From Candidatus Velthaea sp. (GTDB lineage: Bacteria > Vulcanimicrobiota > Vulcanimicrobiia > Vulcanimicrobiales > Vulcanimicrobiaceae), in contig CBDCCS010000011.1 in the NCBI GenBank assembly GCA_965214935.1, positions 192,001 to 256,000 of the forward strand: DNA of 64,000 nucleotides. The letters run 5' to 3'. Shown piece after piece: positions 1-9,966 of the stretch. The position numbers were made by a program, and so were the translations under genes. The notes beneath the pieces are model-generated. The model saw only the letters and a list, made by a program, of their open reading frames with translations. It did no database searches and was not told the origin of the DNA. The number at the start of each line of letters is the position of its first letter. Position 1 is the stretch's first letter.

Positions 1-2
1 AC

Positions 3-194
3 GAAACGCTCACGCTATTGCCCGAAGTGCAAGCACGCCTCGCACTTGCCGGTCAATCGTTGCGCTTCGCAATCTTGCGCCCGCCGTACCCGGCGCTCGG
101 CGTCGGGAGCTTACGCGTTCTGCGCGTTCGCGAAGCTGCCGATGCCGTAGTGGAAATGATCGCCGGCTACGACAACTACGAGCGCCTCGATTAG
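3..194 (+). CDS. 3' end of a hypothetical protein (partial, runs off the window)
   Basis: Open frame read manually: ETLTLLPEVQARLALAG...YDNYERLD, stop TAG at 192-194, abutting cdsA. Confidence 0.55.
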   Translation, partial: ETLTLLPEVQARLALAGQSLRFAILRPPYPALGVGSLRVLRVREAADAVVEMIAGYDNYERLD

Positions 195-1032
195 CCTGAC
201 GGCTGCGCCGTCCGCCTCGGCACCGCGGGTCGCGGCCGGCGGCCGGCGCCTCGCGATCGGGCTGGTTCTCGCCGGGCTTGGCTTGGGGCTCGCGTTGTGG
301 CCGCCGGGGTTCGCGCTGCTCGTTGAGGCGATTGCCATCGGTGCGCTGTGGGAGCTTGGAAAACTTGCCGAGCGCAAAGGCGTTCCAATCGAGTTTACCG
401 TCGCGGCGCTGGCCTCGACGGCGTTTTTGGTGCTGACGTTTTTCGGTTTGATTCAGCGGTTCGAGAGCGATCTTATCTCACTGACGCTCGTTGCTGCGCT
501 GCTCAGCGCCACGTTTCTGCGGCGCGGCCAGCAACTGATGCGTTCGGCATTTACGCTGCTGGGCGTCCTGTATATCGGCAAGCTGCTATCGTACTTCATT
601 GCCATTCGCGCCTTGCCCGGCATCGGCGCGATGGCGACCGTGATGGTGATTTTCATCATCGCGCTCACCGACATCGGCGCGATGGCGGTCGGCATACGGT
701 GGGGCCGCACGCCGCTCACCCCGTTATCGCCGCGCAAGACCGTTGAGGGTGCGCTCGGCGGCCTTGGGATTTCGACGCTGGCGGCAATCGCTTTTGCCTT
801 GGCGCTGCATTGGCGGTGGGACGAGGGCGTGATCGTCGGCGTTCTAACGTCGTTTGCAGCCCAAGCCGGCGATGTCGTCGAATCGGCGCTCAAGCGCGAT
901 GCGAAAGTAAAAGACGCCGGCACGGTAATCGCCGGTCACGGCGGCATCCTCGACCGTTTCGATTCATATCTGTTCGGCGGCATTGCCTTTTATTTCGCTT
1001 TAGTGTTGATCGGGAAGATACCGCTTGGCTAA
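190..1032 (+). CDS. cdsA: Phosphatidate cytidylyltransferase. Start uncertain: ATT190, CTG196 or TTG283
   Basis: Motifs SPRKTVEG, GDVVESALKRDAKVKDAG and HGGILDRFDS; precedes dxr. The frame stays open upstream of 283 with a typical RRLAIGLVLAG first TM helix. Confidence 0.93.
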   Translation: MSLTAAPSASAPRVAAGGRRLAIGLVLAGLGLGLALWPPGFALLVEAIAIGALWELGKLAERKGVPIEFTVAALASTAFLVLTFFGLIQRFESDLISLTLVAALLSATFLRRGQQLMRSAFTLLGVLYIGKLLSYFIAIRALPGIGAMATVMVIFIIALTDIGAMAVGIRWGRTPLTPLSPRKTVEGALGGLGISTLAAIAFALALHWRWDEGVIVGVLTSFAAQAGDVVESALKRDAKVKDAGTVIAGHGGILDRFDSYLFGGIAFYFALVLIGKIPLG

Positions 1033-2173
1033 GAAACGCGTGGCGATCCTCGGCTCGACGGGCAGCATCGGCACGCAAGCGCTCGAAGTCATCGCCCGTC
1101 ATCCCGAGCGCTTTAAGGTCGTCGGGTTAGCCGCCGGCTCGAACGCCGCGCGGCTGCGCGACCAGGCCGACCGCTTTGGGCCCACTGTCGTCTCGCTCGG
1201 CAGTGTGGATGGATCGGCCGGTCTGTACCGGGTCGCCGTCGAGAGCGAACCGGATATCGTGCTTGCAGCTACCGACGGCGCGGTTGCCTTCGACGCCGTT
1301 TTCGCCGCCGTCGACGCCGGCATCACGATTGCCGTTGCCAACAAAGAACTGATCGTCGCCGCCGGCGAGTTGCTTTTTGCACATGCTGCGCGCAGCGGTG
1401 CGCGATTGCTGCCCGTCGACAGCGAACACAGTGCGATCTTTCAATGCCTGGTCGGCGAACCGCTCGAGCGCGTTGCCGCAATCGTTCTCACGGCCTCGGG
1501 CGGACCGTTTTGGGACCGCGGCATCGAAGAGATTCGCACGGCGACCGTGGCCGATGCGTTGCGTCACCCGACGTGGCAGATGGGGACGAAGAACACGATC
1601 GATTCCGCGTCGCTGATGAATAAGGGACTTGAAGTGATCGAAGCGAGCCGGTTCTTCGGTCTGCCCGGCGACCGGATTGCCGTGGTCGTGCATCGCACGA
1701 GTGTCGCGCACGGTATGGCGATATTTACCGACGGCAACGTAAAGGCGCAGCTCGCACCGCCCGATATGCGCTTACCGATCGGCTACGCGTTGGCGTATCC
1801 CGATCGTTTGCCCGCGCCGGTTCCCGGCGACGTCCTTGTCGCATTGGGAGCCGAACGCGGGACCGACGTCACGACGCTGCGCTTCGAGCGCCCGGACTTC
1901 GAGCGCTTTCCATGTCTAGGCCTTGCCTACGAGGCGCTGGCGCGCGGCGGGACGCGCCCGGCTGTGGTGTCGGCCGCGAATGAAATCGCCGTTGCTGCGT
2001 TTGTAAATGGTGAGATTCCGTTCGGCGCGATCCCGGAGTGCATCGCACAGGCGAGCGCTGAGGTCCAACAGAGTGAACTAACACTCGAAGCCGTGCGCGC
2101 TGCCGATCGGTCGGCACGCCGTGCGGCAACAGCCGCTGTTGCGGAACGCCGTGTGAAAATCCGAGGGAAATGA
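1025..2173 (+). CDS. dxr: 1-deoxy-D-xylulose-5-phosphate reductoisomerase
   Basis: LGSTGSIG, ANKE, PVDSEH and TASGGPF motifs. Confidence 0.97.
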   Translation: MAKKRVAILGSTGSIGTQALEVIARHPERFKVVGLAAGSNAARLRDQADRFGPTVVSLGSVDGSAGLYRVAVESEPDIVLAATDGAVAFDAVFAAVDAGITIAVANKELIVAAGELLFAHAARSGARLLPVDSEHSAIFQCLVGEPLERVAAIVLTASGGPFWDRGIEEIRTATVADALRHPTWQMGTKNTIDSASLMNKGLEVIEASRFFGLPGDRIAVVVHRTSVAHGMAIFTDGNVKAQLAPPDMRLPIGYALAYPDRLPAPVPGDVLVALGAERGTDVTTLRFERPDFERFPCLGLAYEALARGGTRPAVVSAANEIAVAAFVNGEIPFGAIPECIAQASAEVQQSELTLEAVRAADRSARRAATAAVAERRVKIRGK

Positions 2174-3429
2174 CGCACCTGCTCGCTTTTAGTCTTCCAA
2201 CGCTCGCCGGACTTGGCAAGATCCTCGTCTTCTTGGTGATGATTTCGCTGTTGATCGTGCTGCACGAGTACGGTCATTTCATCGTCGCTCGCCGCAACGG
2301 CGTTCGAGTCAACGATTTCGCCCTCGGCATGGGGCCGACGATTTTACGCTGGACGTCGCCGCGCAGCGGCACGAATTACTTGCTCAATCTTTTCCCGATC
2401 GGCGGTTATTGCGCGATGAAGGGTGAGGACGGCAAGACCAACGAGGCCGAACAGCAGCGTCAATTCCGGCATGATGTCGGAACGGCCGTTACGGGTTCGG
2501 TCGCAGGCACCCCGGGCTACTCATCGAGCGGTGTCGCTCTGCTGCCCGAGCGCGAAACCCAGCGCCGCGTTACACCGGCATTCGGGTCGGCAGCCGTACG
2601 GGTCCACGAAGACGACAATTTTCAAGCGAAGCGCCCCTTACAGCGGCTCGCGATCGTCGTTGCCGGTCCGTTCATGAACTTCATCGTCGCCATCGTGCTG
2701 CTTGTCGTGTCGTATGCGGTGCTCGGCATTCCGTCGCCGACGACGCAAGTCGGAAACGTCTCGCCCGGTAAACCCGCAGCGCTGGCCGGACTGCGCGCCG
2801 GCGACCGGATCACCGCGGTCAACGGCGTGCCGGTTAGCGACGGCATCGTACTCGTCCGCGACATTCAAGGCTCGCTGGGCAAGCCGCTCGTGCTCGAGTA
2901 CGTGCGCGGGACCGAATCGCGTTCCGTCAGCTTGACTCCGGTTGCCGGTCCGGACGGTGCCGGACACACGGTCGGAATCATCGGCTTCATGAAAGTACTC
3001 GCGCCGCAACGCGTTTCGCTGGCCAGTGCGCTGACGCGCAGCGGCCAGGATTTTGCGGCCATCTGGACCAGCACGTTCGGCGCGCTGGGCGGGTTGTTCA
3101 CGCATCCGGCGGCAACGGCCGGACAACTGCACGGCGTCGTCGGAATGGCCAGCGTTTCAGGCGAAGTTCAGGATGCGGGTTGGGGCGCATATTTTAGCTT
3201 TGCGGCGCTCATCTCGATATCACTCGGCATCTTCAATCTGCTGCCGATCCCGGCGCTCGACGGCGGCCGCGGCGTGTTCATTCTCGCCGAGATGCTACGC
3301 GGGAAACCGGTCGATCCGGAGAAGGAAGCACTCGTGCATGTCGGCGGCTTTGCGGTCCTCATCGTATTAATGCTCGCCGTTTCGTACCACGACATCGCTA
3401 ATCTCGTTTCAGGCAAAGGGGCTTTCTAA
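2170..3429 (+). CDS. rseP: Site-2 (M50) intramembrane zinc protease with PDZ domain
   Basis: HEYGH and NLLPIPALDGG motifs; dxr-rseP-ispG synteny. Confidence 0.93.
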   Translation: MTHLLAFSLPTLAGLGKILVFLVMISLLIVLHEYGHFIVARRNGVRVNDFALGMGPTILRWTSPRSGTNYLLNLFPIGGYCAMKGEDGKTNEAEQQRQFRHDVGTAVTGSVAGTPGYSSSGVALLPERETQRRVTPAFGSAAVRVHEDDNFQAKRPLQRLAIVVAGPFMNFIVAIVLLVVSYAVLGIPSPTTQVGNVSPGKPAALAGLRAGDRITAVNGVPVSDGIVLVRDIQGSLGKPLVLEYVRGTESRSVSLTPVAGPDGAGHTVGIIGFMKVLAPQRVSLASALTRSGQDFAAIWTSTFGALGGLFTHPAATAGQLHGVVGMASVSGEVQDAGWGAYFSFAALISISLGIFNLLPIPALDGGRGVFILAEMLRGKPVDPEKEALVHVGGFAVLIVLMLAVSYHDIANLVSGKGAF

Positions 3430-3431
3430 AG

Positions 3432-4583
3432 GTGATCCGCTTACGGCGTAAATCGAAGCCGATTTTTCTTAAGAACAAATCGGGTGAGTCGGACGCCAAA
3501 GGCGTTTGGATCGGCGGCGATCACCCGATCGCCGTGCAGTCGATGACGACGACAGATACGGCCGACTACGATAAGACACTCGAGCAAGTGTACGGTCTGG
3601 CAATGGCCGGTTGTGAGATCGTTCGCGTGACCTGCCAAGATAGTAAAGACGCGGCCGGTTTACCGCACATCGTGAAGCGCAGTCCGGTTCCGATCGTCGC
3701 CGACATTCACTTCGATCATCGCATGGCGCTGGCGGCCATCGAAGCCGGTGTTGCCAAATTGCGCTTGAATCCGGGTAACATCACCGATCCGGTCAAAACG
3801 CGCGAGGTCGTGGAACTGGCCAGACAGCGCGGTACGCCGATCCGCATCGGTGTGAACATGGGTTCGCTTGCGCATGATTTGGAACTCAAACTCGGTCACA
3901 CGCCGGAGGCTATGGTCGAGTCGGCGATGCGGCATGTCGAGATTCTCGAAGATCTCGGTCACACCGATATCATCATTAGCCTTAAAGCGCACGATGCACC
4001 GACAACGGTGTATTCGTACCGGTTGATGGATAAGCGCCTCGCCGAGCGTCAAACGCCCTATGGTTTGCATCTCGGCGTCACCGAGGCCGGTTTGCCGCGC
4101 GAGGGAACGATAAAAAGTTCGATCGGGCTCGGCATTCTGCTATGGGAAGGGATCGGCGATACGTTGCGTGTTTCGCTAGCCGCCGATCCGATCGAAGAAA
4201 TACCGGTTGCCTGGGGGATCCTCAAGGCGCTTGGTTTGCGCGAGAAAGGCTTCGATATCACCGCGTGTCCTTCGTGCGGACGAGCCGAGATACAGGTCGT
4301 CGACTTAGCGCGATCGGTTGAAGCGATCGCTAAGGAGTATACGGCACCGGTAAAAGTTGCCGTGATGGGTTGCGTTGTCAATGGCCCGGGCGAGTCAAAA
4401 ATGGCCGACGTCGGTATTGCCGGGGGCAAGGGGAAGGGCGCCATTTATCGCAAGGGGTTGCTCGTGGGCACCTTTCCCGAAGACCGGTTACTCGGAGCCT
4501 TGCGCCTGGAGATCGAGAAAGTCATCGCCGAGCAATACCCGGAGTTCTTGCACGAGACGAATCGTGAACCAACACTTGCCTGA
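3432..4583 (+). CDS. ispG: HMBPP synthase (flavodoxin-dependent)
   Basis: VQSMTTT, ADIHF, RLNPGN, CPSCGR and MGCVVNGPGE motifs. Confidence 0.97.
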   Translation: MIRLRRKSKPIFLKNKSGESDAKGVWIGGDHPIAVQSMTTTDTADYDKTLEQVYGLAMAGCEIVRVTCQDSKDAAGLPHIVKRSPVPIVADIHFDHRMALAAIEAGVAKLRLNPGNITDPVKTREVVELARQRGTPIRIGVNMGSLAHDLELKLGHTPEAMVESAMRHVEILEDLGHTDIIISLKAHDAPTTVYSYRLMDKRLAERQTPYGLHLGVTEAGLPREGTIKSSIGLGILLWEGIGDTLRVSLAADPIEEIPVAWGILKALGLREKGFDITACPSCGRAEIQVVDLARSVEAIAKEYTAPVKVAVMGCVVNGPGESKMADVGIAGGKGKGAIYRKGLLVGTFPEDRLLGALRLEIEKVIAEQYPEFLHETNREPTLA

Positions 4584-5034
4584 TGCGAAGCTCGTTTTAG
4601 CGACCGCCGCTGTTGCGACGATCGCTTCGGTGTGCCTTGCCGTTTCGACGCCCGCAACGATGATCGTCGACGGTCAGCGGATCGTCGTTGACGTCGCGCC
4701 GGTAACGACGCCGACTTCGGCGTATCTGCCGATTCGGGCGATCTCCGAGGCGACCGGCGGTTCGGCCGTTTTTGACGCGGCGACCAGAACGATCGTCGTG
4801 CGTCGCGGCACCGATGTGCTGCGCCTGAAACTGGGCGAGCGAACCGCCCGCCTCAATGGCCGGACGATCGCGCTATCGCGCGCGCCCTTTACCGTTCGCG
4901 GACGCGCCATGGTCCCGAGCGCCGTTATCGCCGACGCGTTTGGTTCGAGCGTCCGGTATGACGCACGTCAGGCGAAGGTTGATGTCCGCACCCCGGGTGT
5001 CATCGTTGCGCCGTTCCCCGACGACGCTCCGTAA
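4576..5034 (+). CDS. Exported copper amine oxidase N-terminal (stalk) domain protein. Start TTG4576 or GTG4564
   Basis: Signal-like N-terminus; YLPIRAISEATG and APFTVRGRAMVP...IADAFG pattern typical of the stalk domain. Confidence 0.75.
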   Translation: MPDAKLVLATAAVATIASVCLAVSTPATMIVDGQRIVVDVAPVTTPTSAYLPIRAISEATGGSAVFDAATRTIVVRRGTDVLRLKLGERTARLNGRTIALSRAPFTVRGRAMVPSAVIADAFGSSVRYDARQAKVDVRTPGVIVAPFPDDAP

Positions 5035-5569
5035 GCTTCCGGCGCGCATCAGCGGCGGCGTCGGACGGGCGGCAATCGTCGCAGCGTTCGGCCTCGGCAC
5101 GTTAGCGCCGGCTGGCGCATCAACGTATCGCGGAACGCTCGTTCAGCCCGGCGTCGTGTGGATCAGCGACGGCTCCGCGCCGGCACCGCCGGTTGAAGCC
5201 GAGATGCGCAACGTGCATAAGGCGTTCGTCCCGGCACTGCTGGTTATCACCGCGGGCAGTTCGGTGCGCTTTCCGAATGACGACGGCTTCTTTCACAGTA
5301 TTTACAGCGCCGGGCCGCCCGACCCGTTCGACATCGGCTTCTACGATAACGGGCCGGGCAAGACTGTCGGCTTCGGCGTTGCCGGTGTCGTGACGGTGCG
5401 CTGTCACGTTCACGGCTCGATGCATGCAACGATCGTCGTCGTGGACGGGCCGTGGGCCCAAACGCCGGCGCCGAATCAACCCTACGTTCTTACGAACGTA
5501 CGACCCGGCAAGCACACCTTGCACGTCTGGTCGTCCGACGGTGAAAAGACGTCGTCAATCGAGCTCTAG
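4982..5569 (+). CDS. Exported cupredoxin-fold protein (start uncertain)
   Basis: FPNDDGFFHSIYS and CHVHGSM supply His...Cys-x2-His-x2-Met, a type-1 copper ligand set. Confidence 0.75.
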   Translation: MSAPRVSSLRRSPTTLRKLPARISGGVGRAAIVAAFGLGTLAPAGASTYRGTLVQPGVVWISDGSAPAPPVEAEMRNVHKAFVPALLVITAGSSVRFPNDDGFFHSIYSAGPPDPFDIGFYDNGPGKTVGFGVAGVVTVRCHVHGSMHATIVVVDGPWAQTPAPNQPYVLTNVRPGKHTLHVWSSDGEKTSSIEL

Positions 5570-6801
5570 TGCACGGCGACGGGCGCGATGCCTGCGGCGG
5601 CGTGGTGCAAATCTGCGTGCGTCGGCGGCGGCACGATTTCACCGCGAACGATGAGTTGCGAGAACGCAAGTACGAGCCGTTCGTCGAGTTGCGTCCCCGC
5701 AACGCGCACCATCTCACCGATCGCGATCTCGGCACTCAACGCGGCCCGGTAAGGACGGTCCGTGGTCATTGCATCAAACGTATCGGCGACGGCGATCACG
5801 CGTGCACCGATCGGAATGGCTTCGCCTTCTAGGCGGTCGGGATAGCCGGTGCCGTCGAGCTTTTCATGATGGTGTAGCACGCACGGCACAACGTCGTCCA
5901 TCGCGGAGATCCCGGCCAGGAGCCGTGCACCGACGACCGGATGAATCGAAATCGTGCGCCGCTCTTGGGCATCGAGCGGTCCCGGCTTGAACAACACGGC
6001 GTCGGGCACACCGATTTTTCCGATATCGTGTAAAAGCGCTCCGCTTTCGATGACGTCAACTTCGCGTGCAGTCAATCCGATCGCAATCGCTAAGCGGCGG
6101 CTATAATCGCCGACGCGTTTTGAGTGTCCGGCGGTGTACGGATCGCGCAAATCGATGACTTCGGCCATGATCCCTAAGGTATGCACGAACGTACTTTGCG
6201 CTTCGCGCCGGCGGCGTTCGAGTTCGCGCGATGCGCCCAGTGCAAGTGCGATCAACGAGACAAAACTTATTGCCGTGACGACTGCAACGACCGAAAATAC
6301 GCGCGCACGTTCGCGCGCATAGGTCGCGCTCAACGGACCGGCCGCAATGTCGACGGCGATAACGTAGACGTGCTCGTCGCTCGTATAGATCGGCGCATAA
6401 ACGCTAAGCTGCGCGGCGGTTTCAACGCGCCGAAAATTGTCCTCGGTCAGCGCATGCCGAACGTCGAGCGGCGACCGCGGAGCGTCGCGCGGAAACACCG
6501 GCGTACCATCGGGCAAGTAGACGCGCGCGCCGCTGACATACTCGAAGAGTTTCGCGTCGGCGGCGACCCGCTCGAACGTGCGGAGCAGTGGCGGCGTCAA
6601 GCCGCCGGCGGCAAGCTGCTCGAGCGGCAGTGCAAGCTCTGCGCTAAGTCGCGAGATCGCGGCGATCTCGACGTCGGTCTCGATCGCTTTGCGATGCGTC
6701 CATTCCATAGTCGCCGCGAGCAGATAGGCGGACACGATCGACACGCCGAGCGTCACAATCGTGAAGCGCCACAGAAACGTCAGCCGGAGCGTGCCGAGCA
6801 C
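5566..6801 (-). CDS. Membrane-anchored HD-GYP cyclic-dinucleotide phosphodiesterase
   Basis: LHDIGK, HHHEKLDGTGYP and DRPYR motifs; two TM segments flank a sensor region. Confidence 0.92.
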   Translation of the reverse strand: MLGTLRLTFLWRFTIVTLGVSIVSAYLLAATMEWTHRKAIETDVEIAAISRLSAELALPLEQLAAGGLTPPLLRTFERVAADAKLFEYVSGARVYLPDGTPVFPRDAPRSPLDVRHALTEDNFRRVETAAQLSVYAPIYTSDEHVYVIAVDIAAGPLSATYARERARVFSVVAVVTAISFVSLIALALGASRELERRRREAQSTFVHTLGIMAEVIDLRDPYTAGHSKRVGDYSRRLAIAIGLTAREVDVIESGALLHDIGKIGVPDAVLFKPGPLDAQERRTISIHPVVGARLLAGISAMDDVVPCVLHHHEKLDGTGYPDRLEGEAIPIGARVIAVADTFDAMTTDRPYRAALSAEIAIGEMVRVAGTQLDERLVLAFSQLIVRGEIVPPPTHADLHHAAAGIAPVAVH

Positions 6802-6804
6802 GGG

Positions 6805-7332
6805 TCAGCTAACGAAATGCGCCGGAAAGACACGCCGGCCGAGCGCTCCGGAAAGCACCGACATGTGAGTGGTCTCGATGCCGAGAATCGATGCGGCAAC
6901 GCCGGCGAGTTCGCGGTTTTTAAGCTCGGGAATGACCGATAAGTACGTCGATGCGGCTTTGTTTTCAACGCCGAGCGCAAATTCGAGAATGTCGGCCTGC
7001 GTGCGCAGCGCGGGGTACGGCAAGACGAGCGTTGCCGCACTCGGCGCCGCGCCGGCCGCACGGACGGCGGCGAGCAATGCGTCGCGGTGCGCGCTGTGAT
7101 CGGCGATGAAGCCTTGCGCAATTGTAATGACGGCCGGCGAAAGCAAACCGGTTGCCGCGGCGTCGACGTATGCCTTGATGCCTGCCCGTTCGAGTTCGAT
7201 TGCCGTGTTGAGCGTATCGATGTCCGCCGGATCGGACTGTTCGGCGGCGGCGACGAGACGAGTCATCAGCGGCATACCCACGAGGCACAACGCGCTTCCC
7301 GCTCCGAGCAACGCTGCACGCGATACGTTCAT
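6805..7332 (-). CDS. Ferritin-like domain protein, probably exported
   Basis: Carboxylate/His pattern LE...Y, DHxxH, E...Y, ExxH; N-terminus MNVSRAALLG resembles a degenerate Tat signal. Confidence 0.8.
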   Translation of the reverse strand: MNVSRAALLGAGSALCLVGMPLMTRLVAAAEQSDPADIDTLNTAIELERAGIKAYVDAAATGLLSPAVITIAQGFIADHSAHRDALLAAVRAAGAAPSAATLVLPYPALRTQADILEFALGVENKAASTYLSVIPELKNRELAGVAASILGIETTHMSVLSGALGRRVFPAHFVS

Positions 7333-7432
7333 GAACCGACCCTTCCATAGCGGACGAGGCGAAAACGTCGCCTGCCTATCAAACATCGGCTCGCTCGGGT
7401 CTACAGTTAAGGCCGCCCGATGCGTGAAGCCG

Positions 7433-8164
7433 TTAGTTGCGCGAAACCTCACCGTCGCGGTAGACGGGAACGACATCGCTGGTGTCGATGAGCGCAGCGT
7501 CGAGGATATCGCGATCGAATCCGAGCTTGGCAAGCGACAGCGCATGCTCGCCGCTCGCAATTGAATCGGCGATCGCGGTAGATCCGCTGCGGAACGTAAC
7601 GGAGGCCGCTAGCGCGGCATCGCTGAGCGCAATGCCCGGGAAACGCTCGGTGCATGCGCTTGCGATCGCGCCGGCACAAAAGAAATCTTCAAATGAAAAA
7701 TCGCCGTCTTGACCGGAACAGACGAGTAGAGCTTCACGCGCATCGATCGTCGCGAGCACGTTGACGAGAGCACGCCGGTTGATAAGCGCGCCGCACAGCA
7801 CCGCCGTCGCGCCGGCATGACCGACGCGTTGCAGTGCGCGCGAACCGTTCGTCGTTGTAAACGCAACCGTTTTGCCCGCGACGATATCCGGTTTGTACGA
7901 CGCGGGCGAATTGTCCAGATCGAACCCGTTGATTTTCCGCGACTCGCGTTCGCCGCCGAGTAAAACGCGATCCCGGCCGACGCGATTACGGACGGTGATG
8001 GCGTCTTCAGGCTCGAGACACGGGATAATGGTGACCGCGCCGCTCTCGAGCGCCCGCGTGATCGTCGTCGTTGCGCGTAACACGTCGATTACGACGACGA
8101 CCATTCCACGCAGGCCGATTGCAACTGCAGACGGAGTGACCGCCACGTCGACTCGCGTAATCAT
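7433..8164 (-). CDS. comB: 2-phosphosulfolactate phosphatase (ComB family)
   Basis: VIDVLRATTTI, GGER, DNSP, TTTNGS and FEDFFCAG motifs. Confidence 0.9.
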   Translation of the reverse strand: MITRVDVAVTPSAVAIGLRGMVVVVIDVLRATTTITRALESGAVTIIPCLEPEDAITVRNRVGRDRVLLGGERESRKINGFDLDNSPASYKPDIVAGKTVAFTTTNGSRALQRVGHAGATAVLCGALINRRALVNVLATIDAREALLVCSGQDGDFSFEDFFCAGAIASACTERFPGIALSDAALAASVTFRSGSTAIADSIASGEHALSLAKLGFDRDILDAALIDTSDVVPVYRDGEVSRN

Positions 8165-8384
8165 CGTCGTGCCTGAAGACAAGTCGGCGTGAACACCATA
8201 TTTCGGTAAAGATACGACCTCAAGCGATCGGGTGCCTCGAAGCGCAACCGTGCGTGCCCACGGCGACAACTGCACCAGCTCGCTGCACGGTCGCTGTGGA
8301 ACGGCGAGCTTTGAGCCGTCGTGCGCCCAGGCGCTCGCACGGTATCGGACACGGTTCGCATGCGACGGCCCCAAGCGTGTTGCG

Positions 8385-9902
8385 TCAGTGCAACGCGTGC
8401 TCGATGAAATTTGCGATGTCGGCATGCAATGCGCGGCGGGCTGCCGGTTGCAGATAGATCATGTGACCCGATTCGTAATAGCCGAAGGTAATGTGATCGC
8501 GAAGTTTTGGATCGATACCCAAATGGTGCAGATCTTTTTCCGTTCCGAAGAACGGTGTTGCCAGATCGTAGTAGCCGTTGGCGGAGAAAACGCGAAGCGC
8601 GGGATTACGCGTGAGCGCTTGGGCAAGGTCCGGTAAGACATTGGGCAATGACACCTGAGCTAGTCCGACATCGGTTGCATCGCGCGTAAAGTTCCAAGCC
8701 GGACCGATCTCGGCGTAGTTAAACGGCAGATACCGGTCGTCGGTTCGAAAGTGCAAGTCGTCGCGCACGTAGCCGTTGAACGCGCTGACGAATGCATCGG
8801 CGATGCCGGCGTCCAGCGTTGGATCGTAGGCCGGTGAATCGGAGTTGCGATCGATATCGAAGCCGGTAAAGCGGCCGTCGAGCCGGCCGGTCAACTGATC
8901 TCTTCCGCGCAGCAGTTCCTTCTCGAAGCGTGTCGGATCGATGCGCAAGTCGGCGCGCTCGATGTACGCTTCATCGAGACCTGTGTAGGCGTGTAATTGC
9001 GCGCTAATATCGTGCTGCGTCGAAGCGTCAAGTTGATCGCCGCGCAACAGCGCCGTAGCATAAGCACCCCGGGCAAAGTCGCGCACCTGCGCGAGAAACG
9101 GCCGGAGTGCCGGCGGTCGCGCGCCCGGCAGCGCATCGTGATACCAGGCAACAGCAGCTTCCGTCGGCAGAAACGCAACGTTCGACATTTCGTCGCCCGG
9201 CAGCGCCGGATCGAGTGCCGCCAGATTGAGCGCCGAGCTGATGAGGACCACACCGTTGATGCCGACACCGTCGGACTGTAACCGGTCGACGACGTTCGCC
9301 GCACGCGTCGTCCCGTATGATTCGCCGATGAGAAATTTCGGCGAGTTCCAACGGTCGTGCTCGGTCAGCCAACGTTCGATGAATTGCGTGAACGCACGCG
9401 CATCCTGGTCGACGCCGTAGAAGTCGACGCTCTTGCCTTTCCCGCCGACGCGGCTGTAACCGGTGCCCGGCGCGTCGACGAATACCAGGTCCGTCGCGTC
9501 GAGCAGCGTGCCGTCATTGGGAACGAGGCGTCCGGGTGGAACGACCGTCCCGGTATCGTTCGTCGCGACCCGCAACGGACCGAACGAACCCATATGCAAC
9601 CACAATGATGACGAACCCGGACCGCCGTTCCAAACAAAGGCGATCGGACGTTGGGCGGGCGCCGTGCCGTCGCGCAGGTAGGCGACCGAAAAGACACTTG
9701 CCGCCGGCTGACCGAGTTTATTCTTGATCGTCGTGCGCCCGGCGATGACCGTGTACGGGAGCGCTACGCCGCGAAGCATGACGCGATGATGCGTGATCGC
9801 CGCCGGTGTTACGGGCAATTCGATTGCTGCATCGTCGGCGCGTGCCGCGCGGCCGGCGCTCAAAACAAGCAACATGACGGCCGCGGCAATCCGGAATTTC
9901 AT
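8385..9902 (-). CDS. Secreted serine carboxypeptidase, family S10
   Basis: WNGGPGSSS, GESYG, GYYDLATP and GHMIY motifs; signal peptide. Confidence 0.92.
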   Translation of the reverse strand: MKFRIAAAVMLLVLSAGRAARADDAAIELPVTPAAITHHRVMLRGVALPYTVIAGRTTIKNKLGQPAASVFSVAYLRDGTAPAQRPIAFVWNGGPGSSSLWLHMGSFGPLRVATNDTGTVVPPGRLVPNDGTLLDATDLVFVDAPGTGYSRVGGKGKSVDFYGVDQDARAFTQFIERWLTEHDRWNSPKFLIGESYGTTRAANVVDRLQSDGVGINGVVLISSALNLAALDPALPGDEMSNVAFLPTEAAVAWYHDALPGARPPALRPFLAQVRDFARGAYATALLRGDQLDASTQHDISAQLHAYTGLDEAYIERADLRIDPTRFEKELLRGRDQLTGRLDGRFTGFDIDRNSDSPAYDPTLDAGIADAFVSAFNGYVRDDLHFRTDDRYLPFNYAEIGPAWNFTRDATDVGLAQVSLPNVLPDLAQALTRNPALRVFSANGYYDLATPFFGTEKDLHHLGIDPKLRDHITFGYYESGHMIYLQPAARRALHADIANFIEHALH

Positions 9903-9966
9903 CGGTTTCGCCGCTTCGCGCCATGCCGCACCTAACCTGGAAAGCCGCTCCCGGCTGGGGTCCTCG

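Noticed and set aside
7433..8164. Coenzyme M biosynthesis locus
   Set aside because: comA, comC and comDE are absent, and lone comB homologues are common in bacteria
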